This document shows positions 25,393-27,325 of a stretch of DNA of 27,325 nucleotides, one piece after another. How positions within the stretch are numbered: position 1 is the first letter of the stretch; every line of letters starts with the position of its first letter. Under the pieces are notes generated by a model that was not told the origin of the DNA, did no database searches, and saw only the letters and a list, made by a program, of their open reading frames with translations. A program made the translations under genes and the position numbers. The stretch spans positions 1 to 27,325 of the forward strand of contig CBDCAF010000007.1 in assembly GCA_965213675.1 (NCBI GenBank), read 5' to 3'. Source of the DNA: an uncultured Candidatus Binatia bacterium. GTDB taxonomy: Bacteria; Desulfobacterota; Binatia; UBA9968; JAJDTQ01.

Positions 25393-26442
25393 ATGTCAGA
25401 CATCCAGTTCGACATCGGCTTCAGCTCGCGCACCGTCGCCTCCTACCCCCTCGCCCGGCGCATCGCCATCATCAAGAGCGTGGAGGCCCTCGGCTTCGAT
25501 CGCCTGTGGCATTCCAACGAGAAGTTCGGCCGCGACATGGTGGCCAACATGACCCTCAGCGCCGTCCACACCGAGCGCATCGGCATCGGTGCCGCGGTCA
25601 CCGACCCCTACAGCGTCCATCCCGCCCTCACCGCCGCCGCCATGGCCACGGTGGACGACATCTCCTCGGGCCGCGTCATCGTCGGCATCGGCGCCGGCGG
25701 CTCCGGCTTTCCCGCCATGGGCATCCAGCGGGAACGCCCGGTGGCCGCCATGGCCGACGCCATCGCCATCATGCGCGGCATGTGGGCGGGCAAGCCGGCG
25801 ACGGTGGACGGCAAGGTGGTGAGCGTGAAGAACGGCGTGTTGGGATTCAAGGCCCGACCCGATATCCGCATCGTCATCGCCAGCCGCGGCCCGGCGGTAT
25901 TCCGCCTGACCGGACGCGTCGCCGACGGCGCCATGATCGCCACCATGGCCACCCCCGAAGGTGTCCGCGCCGCCTGGGACTTCGTCCGGCAGGGCGCGCG
26001 ACAGGCCGGCCGCGACCCCGAGGAGATCGAGATCATCTCGAGGGTCGACACCTGCGTGGACCGGGACCGGGACAAGGCCCGGGCCGGAGTCAGGCAGATG
26101 ATCGCCTTCCTGTTGTGGAGCAGCTACCCCAACCGGGACTTCGTCACCCAGTTGGGCATGGCGGTCCCCGCCGAACTGGAGGCCATGATCGCCAAGCGGG
26201 ACTACGAGCTCATGTTCGAGGCCGGACCGCTGGTGCCCGAAGAGTTCGTGGACGCCTTCGCTTGGGCCGGCACCCCCGAGGAAGTCGCCGCCAAGATCAG
26301 CCGCATCGCCGAGATGGGCATCCGCCGCTTCGGCACCTGGGTGCTCGCGCCACCGGAGGGCGGTATCGAGTCGGTGATTCAGTTGATCGCCGAGGAGGTG
26401 ATGCCGCGGGTGCGGGCAGAGGGGGATGCAGGCCAGAACTAA
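25393..26442 (+). CDS. LLM-class oxidoreductase (Mer-like)
   Basis: EALGFDRLW, IGIGAAVTDPYSVHP..TAAAMATVDDISSGRVIVGIGAG, ASRGP...GRVADG and VDAFAWAGTPEE. Confidence 0.88.
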   Translation: MSDIQFDIGFSSRTVASYPLARRIAIIKSVEALGFDRLWHSNEKFGRDMVANMTLSAVHTERIGIGAAVTDPYSVHPALTAAAMATVDDISSGRVIVGIGAGGSGFPAMGIQRERPVAAMADAIAIMRGMWAGKPATVDGKVVSVKNGVLGFKARPDIRIVIASRGPAVFRLTGRVADGAMIATMATPEGVRAAWDFVRQGARQAGRDPEEIEIISRVDTCVDRDRDKARAGVRQMIAFLLWSSYPNRDFVTQLGMAVPAELEAMIAKRDYELMFEAGPLVPEEFVDAFAWAGTPEEVAAKISRIAEMGIRRFGTWVLAPPEGGIESVIQLIAEEVMPRVRAEGDAGQN

Positions 26443-26849
26443 ACGGGCAGGGTACCTACCTGGACGCGATGAGCCGCACGGATGAGTTCCTTGTCCAGCG
26501 TCGCCAAGGGCAACCGCCGGCGTGCGGCAAGCTCGAGATAGGCCGCGTCGTAGGTGGTCAGGCCTTCATTTCGGGCAAGCGTCAATATTTCCCGGAACGC
26601 CCGGCCTTCGGTTTCCGTGTCCGTCACGATGGGAGAACGATCCAGCAGATCCAGGTAGCCGGCAATCTCGACAGCAGCTATGCGTTTGCGGCGTTCGGCC
26701 CTTGCCAGGACATTGCCAAGTTCCAGACGCCAGAGCGCGGGTACCAGCGCTCCCGAGTCTTTCAGGCGGTCCAGCAGTTCGTCCGTCTGTGGCGTGGACT
26801 CGTCCTCGAACAGCCAAGCGACGGTGATGGAACAGTCCAGCACGAACAT
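26439..26849 (-). CDS. vapC: Type II toxin, VapC/PIN domain
   Basis: FVLDCS..AWLFEDE, WRLELGN, LTTYDAAYLELA and LATLDKEL. Confidence 0.9.
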   Translation of the reverse strand: MFVLDCSITVAWLFEDESTPQTDELLDRLKDSGALVPALWRLELGNVLARAERRKRIAAVEIAGYLDLLDRSPIVTDTETEGRAFREILTLARNEGLTTYDAAYLELAARRRLPLATLDKELIRAAHRVQVGTLPV

Positions 26850-26852
26850 CGT

Positions 26853-27092
26853 TCACCGCCGCCCTTCATCGCGCAGCTTCTTCCAGTCCAGACCTCCGAG
26901 CTTCAGACCCGACCGCAGGCTGCGAATGCCTTCGATCACCCGTTCTGTCGCCACCCGTTGCGCTTGCCCGGCAGCTATGAGGCGGGCTACGGGAACACCG
27001 CGCCGGGTAATTACCACTTCCTCTCCCTGGGTGACCTTGTCGAGCAGCGACGACAGATGTGTCTTCGCCTCGAACGCTCCGACTTCGATCAT
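26853..27092 (-). CDS. Type II antitoxin, Phd/YefM family
   Basis: MIEVGAFEAKTHLSSLLDKV..GEEVVITRRGVPVARL. GGAG RBS; the gene ends 3 bp before the toxin start. Confidence 0.92.
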   Translation of the reverse strand: MIEVGAFEAKTHLSSLLDKVTQGEEVVITRRGVPVARLIAAGQAQRVATERVIEGIRSLRSGLKLGGLDWKKLRDEGRR

Positions 27093-27105
27093 GTGTCTTG
27101 CTCCA

Positions 27106-27153
27106 ATCAACTAGTTGATCAGACCAGAATAGTGAAGGACGGTGATTTCGCAA
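27106..27153 (-). promoter_or_regulatory. TA operon promoter with palindromic operator
   Basis: TTGCGA-N16-TATTCT (27153-27126), followed by the perfect palindrome ATCAACTAGTTGAT (27106-27119). Confidence 0.6.
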
Positions 27154-27223
27154 CCTCGCAGACGGTTGCGGCGGTCCACTTTACCAACGGAGCAATCGGT
27201 GCCGAGAACGACGATGCGACGGA

Positions 27224-27325
27224 TCACAGCCCCTCAAACGCCGCAAGCACCATCTCCACCAGAACCTTTGGCGGTCGCGTCAGCGGATCCGTGACCGGGA
27301 TGCCGAGCTCATCCTGGTACCCCGC
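27224..27325 (-). CDS. C-terminal end of a CDS entering from the right edge, possibly DUF1611 family
   Basis: Reads AGYQDELGIPVTDPLTRPPKVLVEMVLAAFEGL*. It resembles DUF1611 C-termini, but only 33 aa are visible. Confidence 0.45.
   Translation of the reverse strand, partial: AGYQDELGIPVTDPLTRPPKVLVEMVLAAFEGL

Overview
High-GC bacterial chromosomal window with about 27 CDSs and no rRNA, tRNA or CRISPR array. The content (three Amidohydro_2 paralogues, two luciferase-like monooxygenases, a fused double family-III CoA-transferase, an LVIVD protein, a bicupin, a split ThDP decarboxylase) suggests a catabolically versatile Deltaproteobacteria/Binatia-like organism; this is an inference. Housekeeping genes (lnt, rnd, plsY, phhB, an RRM protein, LOG, gdx/sugE) are interleaved with small, visibly lower-GC accessory modules: tcmP plus DUF5131, a class II Fic-wHTH gene and a Phd-VapC pair. 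The non-coding DNA holds the most striking structure. The fic gene is bracketed by two related AT-rich palindromes (ACTAATT-N8-AATTAGT) in inverted orientation. A composite dRS3-like REP occurs four times, and one copy supplies the C-terminus and stop codon of a dehydrogenase. A ~160-bp MITE with 38-bp inverted ends sits in a stop codon, and there are two GTAG-type REPs. An M24 peptidase / non-canonical ThrC-like / LLM / LLM operon looks like an uncharacterised pathway. All calls are by eye from motifs; no searches were run.
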